Shown: positions 19,151 to 30,614 of the stretch, in pieces | Numbering within the stretch: position 1 is the stretch's first letter | Layout of the letters: the number at the start of each line of letters is the position of its first letter | Sequence record: NZ_CP054002.1 | Direction: 5' to 3' (one strand) | Source: a plasmid | DNA: 64,000 bases | The notes under the pieces: model-generated | Told to the model about the DNA's origin: nothing | The model's input: only the letters and a program-made list of their open reading frames with translations | Databases searched by the model: none | Translations under genes and position numbers: made by a program

Positions 19151-20962
19151 TTATAAATCGGCAAACATTTTATTTACCGTATTGGCGAGAGGACGCTTTA
19201 GATCTTTTTCTGCACTTTGTTGACCTTGTGCTAGCTTAACATCTCCGAGCGTATTAGCAGAGCCTTTCAGATTAAATATCTTCTGAACGGCTATCATCGT
19301 ATTGCCAGATGCAGTTTCATTCAAAGACTGAATCAACTCTTTGGAAGGTTGATAGCCTTGTTCCTTCAGTTGTGACATCTTTACAAAATCGCCTTTCTCT
19401 ACTGCTTCTTTAAATTCTTTATCTAGTTCCGGAGAAACCTTAGCACTAGCAGGATCAGCATTAAGCTCTACCTTTGCTTCTTTGGATTCTTCCTTTGCTT
19501 GTGTTACTTCTTCCGCTTTTTGCACTTCAGGTTTCATCCCAAATAGTTTTTCTATAACGATAGCTTGCGTCTGATCAATCTTTGTATCTTGTCCCAAACC
19601 TCTAATAACTTCCTCTGAAGGCTTGTAACCTTCCTCTTTCAAACTAGCTATTTTTTCATAGTCATTCTTGACAACGGCTTCTCTTAACTCCTTGTCAAGA
19701 TCTCGATCAGGAACAGGATCCTTACCCGTTACTTTCTCCTGATATTGTTCCCGGATCTTCTCGACTTTAAAGCCTTCTTCTTTCAATTCCTTTTCAGTTG
19801 TACCTTTGGCGATTATTCCTTCTTTTTCTAACATATCCCCAGCCTTTAACCTAATGCGTGCTTCAAGATCATAATTATAGTTTTTATCCGGATTTTCATC
19901 TTTCAGATAAGATAGGTATTCCTTATGTTCTGTGGCAAAATGGCTGTTTATTAATTGCTCATACCTTTTATCCTTCAACTCGTCTATATCGATTTTTCCG
20001 GTACGCTGCATATCCTTTAGCTTATCATTAAGATACTCTTTATCCTTTGCCATTTCTCTTGCCTGTAAAATCTGCTGTGCCTTTGTTTCCGATATTTTCT
20101 GGATGTTTGAGAAAGCATATCCTTTCTTATCCGGAAGCATAGCTATATCTGTAATTATGTAACCTTCAGGAGTGTGGATCATTTTGTTATCTAAAGAATG
20201 ACCATTCGCTAAAAGATACTTATCTGCTGCGGTCAATTCGTAATCTCCAATTTTAGCAGGAACAGACAATTCTTTTTCCGAACGTACCACCACAGCGTTG
20301 AGATCCTTATCGACCTGAAGAAGTATATCTCCTTTTTTTGTTGACAAGACTATCACATTGCCATCAAGTAGATCTTGCTTCTGTTGCTTCGATAATTTCT
20401 TTCCGTAAATGCGATCCGGTATGGTTAACGCTTCCTTCCTATATATAATAGAAGTACCGTGTTCATGCAACCGAACTTTAGCTGGTTTACCATTGATATC
20501 CATTAATCCGGATAATACACCCTTCTCTAACTTTGTGCCTTTCCCGTCTAACGAGTAACCATTTTGCAAAGCATACTCATATAGTTCTTTTCCGGTATAA
20601 CAGATTTTATTTTTATGATCGATCACAGTAAAACGATCTTTGGCATCATTTTTTAGATCACCCCAGTTAACAATATCAACCCCTTCATTTTTTAATACGC
20701 TTTTATAGTCGGGAGATAAAGCCTGATCCCGATTAAAGAACTGGCAAACACGATCCATAGAAGCCTTTTCCGCAGATAAATCCGGTTCTCGCTTTGTGTG
20801 TGAACGTATCTTATCCATATCGATACGAAATACTTCGTCATTCCGGGTAAAAAGCAAAGAACCCTTGTTATAGGCTTCTTTGTAACCTAAACTTTCCGCA
20901 ATCGCCCTAAATTGCCCGACATTATTATATTGATATTCTGTTAGAACCTCTTGTAGCTTCAT
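19151..20962 (-). CDS. DUF4099/DUF3945-like conjugative-element protein (603 aa, tentative family call) carrying two copies of the shared C-terminal module
   Basis: Two tandem modules (VVKNDYEKIASLKEEGYKPS..., VEKGDFVKMSQLKEQGYQPS...TMIAVQKIFNL) at C-terminus. Confidence 0.45.
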   Translation of the reverse strand: MKLQEVLTEYQYNNVGQFRAIAESLGYKEAYNKGSLLFTRNDEVFRIDMDKIRSHTKREPDLSAEKASMDRVCQFFNRDQALSPDYKSVLKNEGVDIVNWGDLKNDAKDRFTVIDHKNKICYTGKELYEYALQNGYSLDGKGTKLEKGVLSGLMDINGKPAKVRLHEHGTSIIYRKEALTIPDRIYGKKLSKQQKQDLLDGNVIVLSTKKGDILLQVDKDLNAVVVRSEKELSVPAKIGDYELTAADKYLLANGHSLDNKMIHTPEGYIITDIAMLPDKKGYAFSNIQKISETKAQQILQAREMAKDKEYLNDKLKDMQRTGKIDIDELKDKRYEQLINSHFATEHKEYLSYLKDENPDKNYNYDLEARIRLKAGDMLEKEGIIAKGTTEKELKEEGFKVEKIREQYQEKVTGKDPVPDRDLDKELREAVVKNDYEKIASLKEEGYKPSEEVIRGLGQDTKIDQTQAIVIEKLFGMKPEVQKAEEVTQAKEESKEAKVELNADPASAKVSPELDKEFKEAVEKGDFVKMSQLKEQGYQPSKELIQSLNETASGNTMIAVQKIFNLKGSANTLGDVKLAQGQQSAEKDLKRPLANTVNKMFADL

Positions 20963-20967
20963 GACAA

Positions 20968-22050
20968 TTATTTTAATAATTCAGCGGACAATATATATTC
21001 ATTCAATATAGATAATTTCATATGCCTTCCCCCACCTCTTTCAAACATTTCGATCTCAAAAACCTTATCATCCGGGATAGTGAACTTATTGAATGCTAGG
21101 ACAAAGCGATTTTGGCTTTTGCCCAATATCTTTTTATCAAAGTCTTTTTGTTCTACCGGATCATACGGAACTTCCTGCTGGATAGAGTTCTTAACCTTCT
21201 TCTGATCACGAAGGAAGCATTTAATAAAATCAACGTCATAATCTATATTTGAGAAGTTTTTTATATCAAATACAAAAAACATGAAATCATCTTTTACATA
21301 TAGGTTTGCAAGGGACATCTCAAACTTATTTTTTATAACTCCCAAGCTGAAGATATTACGCTTTTTATAGTGCAGTTTATTGATAAGATTATCCATCTCT
21401 ATGCTATTTACATCAATGTGTGCAATATATTTGCGACCATCGTCAAAGTTGTAAGAGTAAGTAAGAGCATGGTCTTTAAACAAGGTAATTTCATAGGTAT
21501 TCAGATCTTTATCGATAACAAACAGATTAGAAGGTTCAAAGGCATCAAAAGTTGTACCAACTTTAACCATATTATTATAATACTCAACCCCGAAAACTTC
21601 TTCATTTCCTTGTTTCAGATATAACACATCTGCTGGAAAAAACATTTCTGTAGTATTGTTATTATTGACTATTACGTTATAACAACGTGATCTATCCACA
21701 TCACCGGCATATACGATATTTCCGCAGTGATCCGTCATTCCCGGTAACAGATAGGATATTTTATAAGAATAGACATTCCCGTTTGTACAAACTATGATAA
21801 GGTTTGTCGTTCCTGAAAAATCTTCTTCCTGTGCCGTTATGCGGACAACATTAGGAACATTATCCACCCGTTCCACTTTTACATAATCTTCACGACCATA
21901 CGAAATGTCACTTACTTGTGCAGGAAGTACTATATGTTTCGTTTTATCAAACGAAACATAAATTGTTTGGGAGTCCAGTTCTTTTTTTTCCTGTGCAGAA
22001 ATGGAGAATGGAACACAAAACATGATTAATATAAAAAGCAATGTTTTCAT
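20968..22050 (-). CDS. traN: TraN-like conjugative transposon T4SS protein (signal peptide; about 360 aa from MKTLLF)
   Basis: Position after traM, signal peptide MKTLLFILIMFCVPFSISAQ; C-terminal frame differs from copy 2 (G5 vs G4 run). Confidence 0.55.
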   Translation of the reverse strand: MKTLLFILIMFCVPFSISAQEKKELDSQTIYVSFDKTKHIVLPAQVSDISYGREDYVKVERVDNVPNVVRITAQEEDFSGTTNLIIVCTNGNVYSYKISYLLPGMTDHCGNIVYAGDVDRSRCYNVIVNNNNTTEMFFPADVLYLKQGNEEVFGVEYYNNMVKVGTTFDAFEPSNLFVIDKDLNTYEITLFKDHALTYSYNFDDGRKYIAHIDVNSIEMDNLINKLHYKKRNIFSLGVIKNKFEMSLANLYVKDDFMFFVFDIKNFSNIDYDVDFIKCFLRDQKKVKNSIQQEVPYDPVEQKDFDKKILGKSQNRFVLAFNKFTIPDDKVFEIEMFERGGGRHMKLSILNEYILSAELLK

Positions 22051-22226
22051 TTTACAAAACCAATAAAAATATTTATAATCCAAAGCAGAACGAAACAAGA
22101 TATTAAACTATACATCAGTACTTTCATTTCTGCTATCTTTTTCCCTTTAGAGCGTTCTATAAAGAACCTATAAGCCAAAAATACAGTAGCTACAGCTACC
22201 ATAAAATTAAGTATATCAATTATCAT
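22047..22226 (-). CDS. small membrane protein (59 aa) between traM and traN
   Basis: ATGA/TAATG overlaps with neighbours; intact in both copies (59875..60054). Confidence 0.3.
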   Translation of the reverse strand: MIIDILNFMVAVATVFLAYRFFIERSKGKKIAEMKVLMYSLISCFVLLWIINIFIGFVK

Positions 22227-23535
22227 TATAATGCTTCAATTAGTTGGGTTAAAGGATTCTTTTTCTTTGGTTCATTCTGCTGCATCTGCATTTCTCTATA
22301 CAGACGTTCTATTTCAGCTTCTTCTTCCTCTCTCTTTTTTCTGTCTTCATTAGTTTCTTCCTTGATATACATATTATAGTTAGCTTTTAAATGAACCTTT
22401 ACTTGAGAAAGGCTTTGATTTAAAATTTGTCTAGTAACCTGTGTAGTGGCTGTGATCGCACTAGTTACCTCACTTGTTACTGTGCCAATAGAAGAAATCG
22501 GAAGCTGCACGCTTGAAGCAAGCCCTGTTCCATTTTTCGAGCAGCTTCAGCTTTCATGTTATTGGGTAAATTCAATCCCTCAATCGCATCAGAATCATAA
22601 ATAGTAAAAGCGACAGGACTTATATATTTCCCATATCGTATGTTCTCTACCGTAATTTTCAAACGAGTAGAGCCGACACTAGCATTTCCGTAGAAGATCG
22701 TATTTGCAGGGATCTCAACGCCACCAACCCATAAAGGCTCTAACAAGCGCATCCGGACAGCACTTCCACTAACAATGGTCTGATCTCCATAAATAGCAGC
22801 TTTGATAAGATTGACTTTTTGGTCAATAGTAAACTGTGACCGGCGACGCCGTTTTCCATTTTCCACTATAAAAGTCGGCTTTGAAGCTTTCTCAACTTTA
22901 GGAACAGAATCATTTACTTTCGGAAAAATATTCTCTTGAGATTTCTCTATATCTTTTCCTGATGCTTGATCCTGATATTTCTTTCTCATTTCATCCCGGA
23001 ATCTTGCATTTTCTTCTAGCTCTTTGCGTATTCTTTCCTCTTTCTTTGCTTCCTTGACTATCTGATTAAAGGTTTCTTGATCCTCAATATCATTTAGTTG
23101 TTGGCGCATTTTATCAGAAAATGCACTGTTAGATTTTTTTCCTCGCTCCTTGTATTCGCTAGTAACTTCGTCCAATGGATCTTTCTTCATTTTTTCAATA
23201 CGAGCTTTCATTTTCTCGTTGTATTCGTCTTCGGATGTCTGCATTTCAAAATAGAAATCGCTTCCTTTTACTTGTGATTTTTCCAATTCACGTTTCTTAC
23301 GAGCAGCTTCTTCTTGTTCACGTTTATAAGCATCTACCTTATTAGCGATCTTCTTTTCTCCTTCTGTGTCCGGTTCAAGAAAAGCCTGATTCACTTCTTC
23401 TGTATTGGATGCTGATTCAGCCGGTTTTTCTTTTTTACCAAAGAAAACTATTACAAACAGTACGCCCAAAAGCAGAGGTACTAACATTAACAATTTGTTT
23501 TTGTCCTTCAACGCTTCTCTTAAAAAGTTTCCCAT
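22226..23535 (-). CDS. traM: TraM-like T4SS protein; apparent frameshift near 22500 in this copy (intact 436-aa version at 58565..59875)
   Basis: N-terminal TM, long coiled-coil K/E-rich middle; ORFs 22477..23535 + 22226..22510 join to copy-2 protein. Confidence 0.55.
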
Positions 23536-23542
23536 AGCTCCA

Positions 23543-24172
23543 TTATTTTAATTTTTCTTCATCTGTTATTTCTCGTGGTTCCGAATATCGAACGTCCCAG
23601 CTTTCGATTTTAACACCGTGAGAGTTTTCACGTGATCGAGATACATCATATAGAGTAAAGTTCACAGAAATATCACGTGCTACGCTCCCCCTAGCACGAT
23701 AGCCGGTTTGCGTAAACAGTATATCCCCGGATATCGGAACTGTTTGCATATTGATATGTATATCCTTGATTATAACGCCATAGCGTATATTTTTCTGAAT
23801 CAAAGAATTAAGCATATTAATATCGTTATATTCGTTGTAAAGCTCTTTTCCTCGATTACCAATCAAATTAAGAGCTAATGTTACGTTATTCTCATAAGTG
23901 CTTTCATCGAAGGAGTACCACAGCGAAACAAATGTTTTGATATGATTTTCATATTCATACTTTCGCATCGCTGCGGATTCAATGGCTGCAACATCGTAAA
24001 CCTGTCCTGAAGTATCAAGTACTAAAGCCTTCGTATAAGCCGCATCTATCTTGTTTGACAAATAGAAGAAACAGACAGTAAATGCAATACCCATAATCAG
24101 ACAACAAGAAGATGCAACAATCACAGTTGTTTTAAAAGCCTGATCCACTGTTTTAAATTTTGTAAGATTCAT
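23543..24172 (-). CDS. traK: TraK-like T4SS protein (209 aa)
   Basis: Size, N-terminal TM, gene order J-K-M. Confidence 0.6.
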   Translation of the reverse strand: MNLTKFKTVDQAFKTTVIVASSCCLIMGIAFTVCFFYLSNKIDAAYTKALVLDTSGQVYDVAAIESAAMRKYEYENHIKTFVSLWYSFDESTYENNVTLALNLIGNRGKELYNEYNDINMLNSLIQKNIRYGVIIKDIHINMQTVPISGDILFTQTGYRARGSVARDISVNFTLYDVSRSRENSHGVKIESWDVRYSEPREITDEEKLK

Positions 24173-24178
24173 ATTTAT

Positions 24179-25231
24179 TTATTCTTCGTTATCTATAACA
24201 CTTTTACCTAATGAAGCAGCAGCCCCTACATTTGTAGCCCCCCCTGCTATCGCTGATCCTGCAATCGCCATCGTTGCAGCAGCAGTTACAATAGATACCG
24301 TTTTAGAAATGATTCTACCGGCATCACCATGACCGACTATCTTACTTGCCAACCAGAAACAACAACAATAAGAACCGATCAAAGCAAGATCCATGCCTAA
24401 ATATTGTAGCTGTTTTGTCGCTTCATCTACTGCGTTGAATGCGTCAGAATCATAAATTGACTTAAATGTAAACCACATTATCTGATTTAAAATATTAATC
24501 ACAGTAAATACCATACCAACGGAACACAGTGTACCAAACCAATTAGACAGCTGCTTTTGGAATACCGGTAGAATGGAAAAAGCAAAAACGAAGGGACCTA
24601 ATATGACAAGGATCTTTACAATGACAACGCCCAAACCCAATATGATAATTTGTACAATCCCGACCAGCAGTGCGGCTAGAGCATGTAAGAGCATTGCTGC
24701 GAAATTGGCAGGATTTAATATTTGGGAGATTTGTTTCAATGTAGATGCACTTTCATCTATTTTATTACCTTGATCTATATTTTGTAGTTCTTTATTCATA
24801 GCACCTTCCGGATCTTCCCCCGCAGCGACTTCCGCTTCAAGTGCCGTTTTTTCATTATCGGCTATCATGGTGTGCTGTTCTTCCGCTGATCTGTCTAGAA
24901 AAGCCGCAAACTCCTGTGCCCGGACTGAACTTAAAGATGTTGCTTCATTTATTACTTCAAGGGTTCCAACGACAGTTTTTGCGATAGGTGTATATAGCGA
25001 AAGACAGAATATTAAAGCAAAACAGCGAGCTATTTCCATCAAATCCGGAAACTTATTTTCATCCGATGTTAAAAGCTGACTAACACCATGATATAGGTAA
25101 TTATAAGCTATATTACAGATGAAACAAATAACTGCTACACCAAGCGCAATTACCGTCATTTGCGCAGTTAATTCTGTTGTAAGGGAATCATTAATCTGCA
25201 ATCCCCATAAAAAAGTATCTTGTCCGTTCAT
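24179..25231 (-). CDS. traJ: TraJ-like polytopic T4SS membrane protein (VirB6-like, 350 aa)
   Basis: Multiple TM helices, position after traI. Confidence 0.6.
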   Translation of the reverse strand: MNGQDTFLWGLQINDSLTTELTAQMTVIALGVAVICFICNIAYNYLYHGVSQLLTSDENKFPDLMEIARCFALIFCLSLYTPIAKTVVGTLEVINEATSLSSVRAQEFAAFLDRSAEEQHTMIADNEKTALEAEVAAGEDPEGAMNKELQNIDQGNKIDESASTLKQISQILNPANFAAMLLHALAALLVGIVQIIILGLGVVIVKILVILGPFVFAFSILPVFQKQLSNWFGTLCSVGMVFTVINILNQIMWFTFKSIYDSDAFNAVDEATKQLQYLGMDLALIGSYCCCFWLASKIVGHGDAGRIISKTVSIVTAAATMAIAGSAIAGGATNVGAAASLGKSVIDNEE

Positions 25232-25239
25232 AAGGCTAA

Positions 25240-25824
25240 TTAATTAGTATATCGACTAAAAGCAGATAAATTTCCGCTATAATATGTTTTCCCTACATGT
25301 TTTCGACTTGCATCTTTTATGATCTCACTTCTTACTATTTCATTAAAAGATTTCATTTCAGCAGAAGCCGTTTCTAAGGCTTCTCTTACCTGTCCGACAA
25401 AGGACATTCTTCCCTCACTATTCATGCTGAAATAGTCGGAAACAGTAGCAACCTTAAATAATAGATCTGTGCTCAAATTAAGGTTTACCGTAACTTGTTG
25501 GAAGTTTAAAAACTTTAAACAATGATAGCTACCGCCTATATTCATATAAAAACGGTAATCACTACTTAGACAAGCTACATCATCCAACAGTTCAGCAAGT
25601 TCTACTAAAGATTGTAGTTGGCGTAGTTGGTCTATCTTTTGTAAATTTTCTCGTATATGTGCAGCATCAATCATTTCATTAAGCTGCTTAACCCATTGCG
25701 CTGCATTCGCTCCCCATTCGCCAAGGTTCATTCCATGTGAGCCGGATCATTAACAACCCATTGCGCACTAGCCTTTTGAACAGAAAAAGAGCTACTTAAC
25801 AGCAACACAGAAAAAATAAGAGTA
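25240..25824 (-). CDS. traI: TraI-like secreted T4SS protein; N-terminus frameshifted in this copy (intact 199 aa at 56262..56861)
   Basis: Copy 2 has signal peptide MKIKILLFFSVLLLSSS...; copy-1 ORF 25240..25731 lacks it. Confidence 0.45.
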
Positions 25825-25852
25825 TCTTTATTTTCATAATATTATAAATTTA

Positions 25853-26071
25853 TTATCGCAGAATAAACACTATCGCAAATATCAAAGCCACAAACCAAGC
25901 GACTAGATATGTTCTTGCATTATCTTTCTTTGTAGCTAAAGCCCAGACTACAAAAATCAGAGAAACGCCTAACATTGCAGCGGTGATATACCCTGCCACA
26001 CTAAAAGACGTATTGTTAAATTCTCCCGACCATCCTTTTATCTGGTTCAATCCTTCTACAGCATCATTCAT
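25853..26071 (-). CDS. small membrane protein (72 aa) downstream of traG
   Basis: Hydrophobic C-terminal half; identical copy 56028..56246. Confidence 0.4.
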   Translation of the reverse strand: MNDAVEGLNQIKGWSGEFNNTSFSVAGYITAAMLGVSLIFVVWALATKKDNARTYLVAWFVALIFAIVFILR

Positions 26072-26089
26072 ATTTTTTTCTCCTTTCTT

Positions 26090-28669
26090 CTAAATACCGG
26101 TTAATAGCAGCATAAGTAGATCCTGTTTCCTCAAAAAGCTGTTTGAGCCTAACCACAGTCGATTGTCTTGAATCAAAGCGACAGCGGCAAATTCAGATAC
26201 TTCATTGCGAAAAACATAGGTTTCGTTTCCCAATTTAATGAAGAACTCTCTCCACTTGATCTCATCATCCCTATTTTGCAGACTATCTATCATTACTAGT
26301 TCTTCTTCTGAAATAGAAAGAATATCTCGCAGATTGGGCAACTCCTTTCTATAACTTGAATGATCCAGTATTACTTTAGTATCACAGTTTATAAGTATTG
26401 AATCCTTGATCGCCGGTGGACAGTTCTTCAGGAACAGTACATTTTGGGCAGCTATCGTTATAGCCCCGTCTTTTTTACGGAATGTACGATACAAATAGGC
26501 GATAAAATCACCAAACTTATCATCACTTAAAAAGTCTAGGGCTTCATCGATAATCAATTCCTTATTAACTCCTTCACGCTTCTTGATCTTATCGATAACC
26601 ATTTGAAGCGTGATAATCGCTACCAAAGGAAAATACTCCTTCTTTGCTGCGTCTTCCATATCAAACGCAATTAAATCATCGTTAACTATATCAATATTTT
26701 CAGTTGCGTTCAACAAAAGGATAGTTCTCCATCCGTGTAAGGTTCTAGTAGTAAAAGCACTTCCTCTATCTCAAATCTACGTTTTTCAAAGTCAGTCATT
26801 TTGTAAATAAATACATCTCGCAAGAAATTCCGGTATTCTATCAGATTAGGAAAAATCCTTTCATTTGTTCCATCAACAGAAGAATTATTTACATACTCAT
26901 AAAATGCGATCACTGATTTTCTAAGAATAGCTTTCTCGGTGGGATCGATAGGCTTATTTTGTTTCCAGATATAGGATAAAAGAGCACAGATCGTTTTAAT
27001 AAGATCCTCGGCTGCTTCTGCATCTGAAGTATCAATATAAATATATCTACCATTCCGATCACGTTCACACAAGAACGGGTTAAAAGCAAACTGTTTCTGA
27101 TTTGTAGAATCAAAATATTTACCTCGGTGCAGGCTAATCATAGACCTGTAAGATCCACCGATGTCAATAATTGTAATATCATTACCCAAAGAATAAGACT
27201 GATAAATATAGTTGTTTAGCCAAAAGACTTTCCGGAGCCGGACGGACCGATTACTATTTTATTTCTATTGTTTAAAGCCTTGTTATTCCATAAATTTATC
27301 AATGCAGGATTTCCGAATCGGTCATTATACAAATGCCCTTGCAGATCAGAAATATAAATACTATCTTTTTGCAAATAACAAATCGCCTGTTTGGTCGTAT
27401 TGATAAATCCCCTATAATTGCTCCGAGCATTCCCCGGTATATTAGAAAAAATAAATTGCACAACTCCGCATTCTCGACATAACAAGAACTTTGGTTCATA
27501 AAACTAAATCCCTGCTGTGCCAATGAAATTTTCCGAATTAGAGAAGAACGATCCGGATCATTGATAATCACATTAAAAGCTGTATAAGCTGTTTGATAAT
27601 CAAAATCCGTAATTTCTTTACAGAAAAGTTCTTGCTGTTTTGCTTGTCTTTAGCCGGAGGATAAAAGTTAGTCAAATAGTTTAGCCCGTTTTTTTCAGCA
27701 TTAATAGCCGTTAGCGTAGTATCTGTATCTGTTATTTCTATCACAACATTTACAATGTGATCGAAAGGCAAACCTAGTCCAACCGGGTACAACATAGAAC
27801 ATTTAGACTGTATATTCTCCGGAAGCTCAATCGTACTTCCATACGCTTTTGATTTACCCGTATTGGGTACATTCAGCTCATAAAGATTTTCCCCTTCCAC
27901 GGTAAGAGAAAGCATCGCTAAATATTCTTGTCCAACCTTCAGATCACCGCTAGGAGTTACCATAATTGGGCTAACTGTTTCTTGAGTAGCGTCTTTTGTT
28001 GGTTTAGCATACGAGAGATTAAGATAATCAAAGACAGCATTATTTAAGTCTTTACTATCCATCTTCTTTATCTCAAATTGAGTTATAGAAGATAACCCAT
28101 TTCAAATTCAAGATTTTCGGTTCAATCTCTGATAACCTTTCTTCATAGTTCTTGTAGGGCTGTTTAAAAGGATAATTGAGTTTTTTAAGCAGCGATGTAT
28201 TAGAAGCCTTTTTTCGCACTCCCTTTTCAAATCTGTATTGGCAAAAGTGATATACAAATTTGTATAGCAGTTTATTATTTGCTTGTTATTAAAGTGTTTA
28301 ATACTTTCCGCTTTCAATGGATTAACAGAAAAGTCATTGTTCTTATACTGGCTTACATAGTAAAGCACTGCTGATGCACCACCGTTGCAGGAGGTAACAT
28401 CTTAAAAAGCCCCTCTAACCTCTCATGTATATATTTTGCATCTTCCTGCGAAAGAGTAAATACTTCCGGAAGAAACAATCTGTATCCAATGGTTAAATCT
28501 CCGCTACCGTTTACTATAACGCTATCCGTTATGGTCTGGATCGGTAGTACAGCCGAAAGATCTATTGATTTATCAGATATAGGAACTTCAGAAGGACGCA
28601 TAAAAGTATGGCGAGTAATGTAATGACACCACACAGTAATAATGCCGATATAATAATAAATCCTATCAT
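26090..28669 (-). pseudogene. traG: TraG-like VirB4-family T4SS ATPase split by at least 6 frame breaks in this copy (intact 871 aa at 53420..56035); probably sequencing artefact
   Basis: ORFs 28353..28634, 28108..28368, 27568..28062, 27299..27571, 27216..27485, 26710..27189, 26090..26716 tile the copy-2 protein. Confidence 0.7.
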
Positions 28670-28766
28670 TTTATTTTGTAATTAGTTACCACATAGTAGA
28701 TATAAACTCTCTGCAAGAAAAAGCGACAGCCTTAATCTGTATCACGTATTCCGCAGGATTTCAAGA

Positions 28767-29075
28767 TCATTTCTGCTTCATTATAAAATTGAATACCTTA
28801 TGTTTATCTATTATCTGTTTAGGGGTTGCAGATCTAACCGATAAGCCAGTTAGATAATCCGGATTGCCAGCTTTATGTTCCCGTTTTAGGTTCTTGAATA
28901 AGATACCTGAAGCAAAGAATATAGCTCCCATGACACTAACTATGATTACCGGATGCACATGCTTAAATATGCAAACAATTATAATCAAAGCATTTGCCAA
29001 CATAAATAGACCAAATTGTCCCGACGTTAAGCCAAAGAACTTAATTGGTCTATTTATCTTTCTTATAGTCCTCAT
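28767..29075 (-). CDS. traF: TraF-like small membrane protein (102 aa)
   Basis: Two TM segments, directly upstream of traG. Confidence 0.45.
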   Translation of the reverse strand: MRTIRKINRPIKFFGLTSGQFGLFMLANALIIIVCIFKHVHPVIIVSVMGAIFFASGILFKNLKREHKAGNPDYLTGLSVRSATPKQIIDKHKVFNFIMKQK

Positions 29076-29078
29076 TAA

Positions 29079-29360
29079 TCAGATAATAAGGAAAGCTACC
29101 ATAATAACCGCAACCGCAATGATCCAGCCGAGCAGATACTCCTTGGCGTGGGGATTATTCGTTGCAAGGGAATAGATCACAAATACTAAAGCTATGCCAA
29201 GCACGGCAGCTAATACATACTTTGCGATATTAAGAATCGTATCAGAACCTTCTTGCGCTTTCGATTCAACATCGGACAAACTGCTAATTTTTAATGCGCT
29301 TTGGGCTTCTACAACTTGAGGAACAACAACAAAAGTCAGCAGGAAAAGCCCTAAAATCAT
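29079..29360 (-). CDS. traE: TraE-like small membrane protein (93 aa; signal peptide + TM)
   Basis: MILGLFLLTFVVVPQVVEAQSAL; position before traF. Confidence 0.45.
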   Translation of the reverse strand: MILGLFLLTFVVVPQVVEAQSALKISSLSDVESKAQEGSDTILNIAKYVLAAVLGIALVFVIYSLATNNPHAKEYLLGWIIAVAVIMVAFLII

Positions 29361-29470
29361 AATAATACGCTTGTGTACACTAACAAAATCTACACTCTTT
29401 TCAAAACTTGTACCATAATCTTAAAATTTTAATTGTTATTTTATACATGTTATTTATATATCAATCTTGC

Positions 29471-29863
29471 TTAAAGCGGAAAAATCAACACTTTCATATT
29501 GACAAAAACATCATCTGATTTTTCCGAAAGTACTTGATGCTGGAATGGTGGTATCTTACCAGCATAATAGTACGCCCGGTTTGAAATATACATATCCGCT
29601 ATCTCTCTACTTAATTCTTCATCATCTGAAAGATCCTTTTGAAAAACTATTGTTATGCGTGGAGATAAAACTAGATCAGAATCAGATTTTTCTTCTTCAA
29701 CTGATAGTGAAGCTGTACACTCCGTTTTCTTTTTACTTCCGGAAAAATAGACCAATCCTAAAATTAGAATTGAAACAATAACTATCGTAACTATCGCCAG
29801 ATCAAATAATGAATAATTAGTGGCTAGATATTCAGTCATTTGTATATTTATATAAGCGACCAT
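29471..29863 (-). CDS. membrane protein (130 aa; C-terminus differs from copy 2 by an indel)
   Basis: N-terminal TM; copy 2 at 52224..52634. Confidence 0.35.
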   Translation of the reverse strand: MVAYINIQMTEYLATNYSLFDLAIVTIVIVSILILGLVYFSGSKKKTECTASLSVEEEKSDSDLVLSPRITIVFQKDLSDDEELSREIADMYISNRAYYYAGKIPPFQHQVLSEKSDDVFVNMKVLIFPL

Positions 29864-30053
29864 ATTAGTATAAATATTACTAATGCAACGATATACGTAA
29901 TTATAGCTTCTTTCATTTTCTCATGATTAGTTATTATTTTTTTATAACCGCAAGACCTGCACAGACAAATCCGACACCGGCTAGCATTTCGCCACATTGT
30001 TTGAATAAGTCAATCAATGCGCTTACATCAGCTGATAATAATATCATAATCAA
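29848..30053 (-). CDS. small membrane protein (68 aa), frameshifted in this copy (A7 vs A8 run); intact at 52033..52239
   Basis: Comparison of copies. Confidence 0.3.
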
Positions 30054-30613
30054 TAAATAAGGACTTTAACACCAAGATTCCAGACTGTATTCCATTTGCT
30101 TGCATAGCTAAACGGACTCCAATACTGCTTAACACGTCCAAGTATCGCAACTCGTGGAGATACAAAGTATTCTAATTCAGGCTCGATCTTTAAACCAAGT
30201 AAGAAATCATACTTATTATCCTGCCTCTTGTACGCTTCTACACCTGTAAAAAGACCTAGACCTAGGCTAAAATAAAGTGAAGAAAGATTTGTCGCAACTG
30301 TTTTGAAATAAGCAGCATCAATATAGTAATCTTTTGCTGTAGAGCTAAAAGAAACTATCGTTGGAACTTCCGCAGTATTGCTTTCATAACTGTAGTTATA
30401 AGACTTTTCAAAATAGTTCAAACCTATTTTCCAGTAAGTTGTTCGACTCCTATACTTTGATACTGAAAGGTTTAAGTTAGTATTATTCCTACCAAAAATA
30501 TTCAATCCATAGTTTACTTCTAGGGCTGAAATACCTACATAATGCCGTTGTGCATAAACACTATGTGTACATGCACATAACACTAGTAATAAAGTTAATT
30601 TTAATAATCTCAT
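30050..30613 (-). CDS. outer-membrane beta-barrel-like protein (187 aa), first gene of tra block
   Basis: Signal peptide, alternating hydrophobic pattern, C-terminal aromatic (LIY). Confidence 0.5.
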   Translation of the reverse strand: MRLLKLTLLLVLCACTHSVYAQRHYVGISALEVNYGLNIFGRNNTNLNLSVSKYRSRTTYWKIGLNYFEKSYNYSYESNTAEVPTIVSFSSTAKDYYIDAAYFKTVATNLSSLYFSLGLGLFTGVEAYKRQDNKYDFLLGLKIEPELEYFVSPRVAILGRVKQYWSPFSYASKWNTVWNLGVKVLIY

Positions 30614-30614
30614 A

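Noticed and set aside
26090-28669. Genuine decay of traG (and ermF/tetX in copy 2) into pseudogenes
   Set aside because: Every break is a +/-1 homopolymer change and the other copy is intact, so sequencing error is more parsimonious. They are annotated as pseudogene only to reflect the sequence as given.
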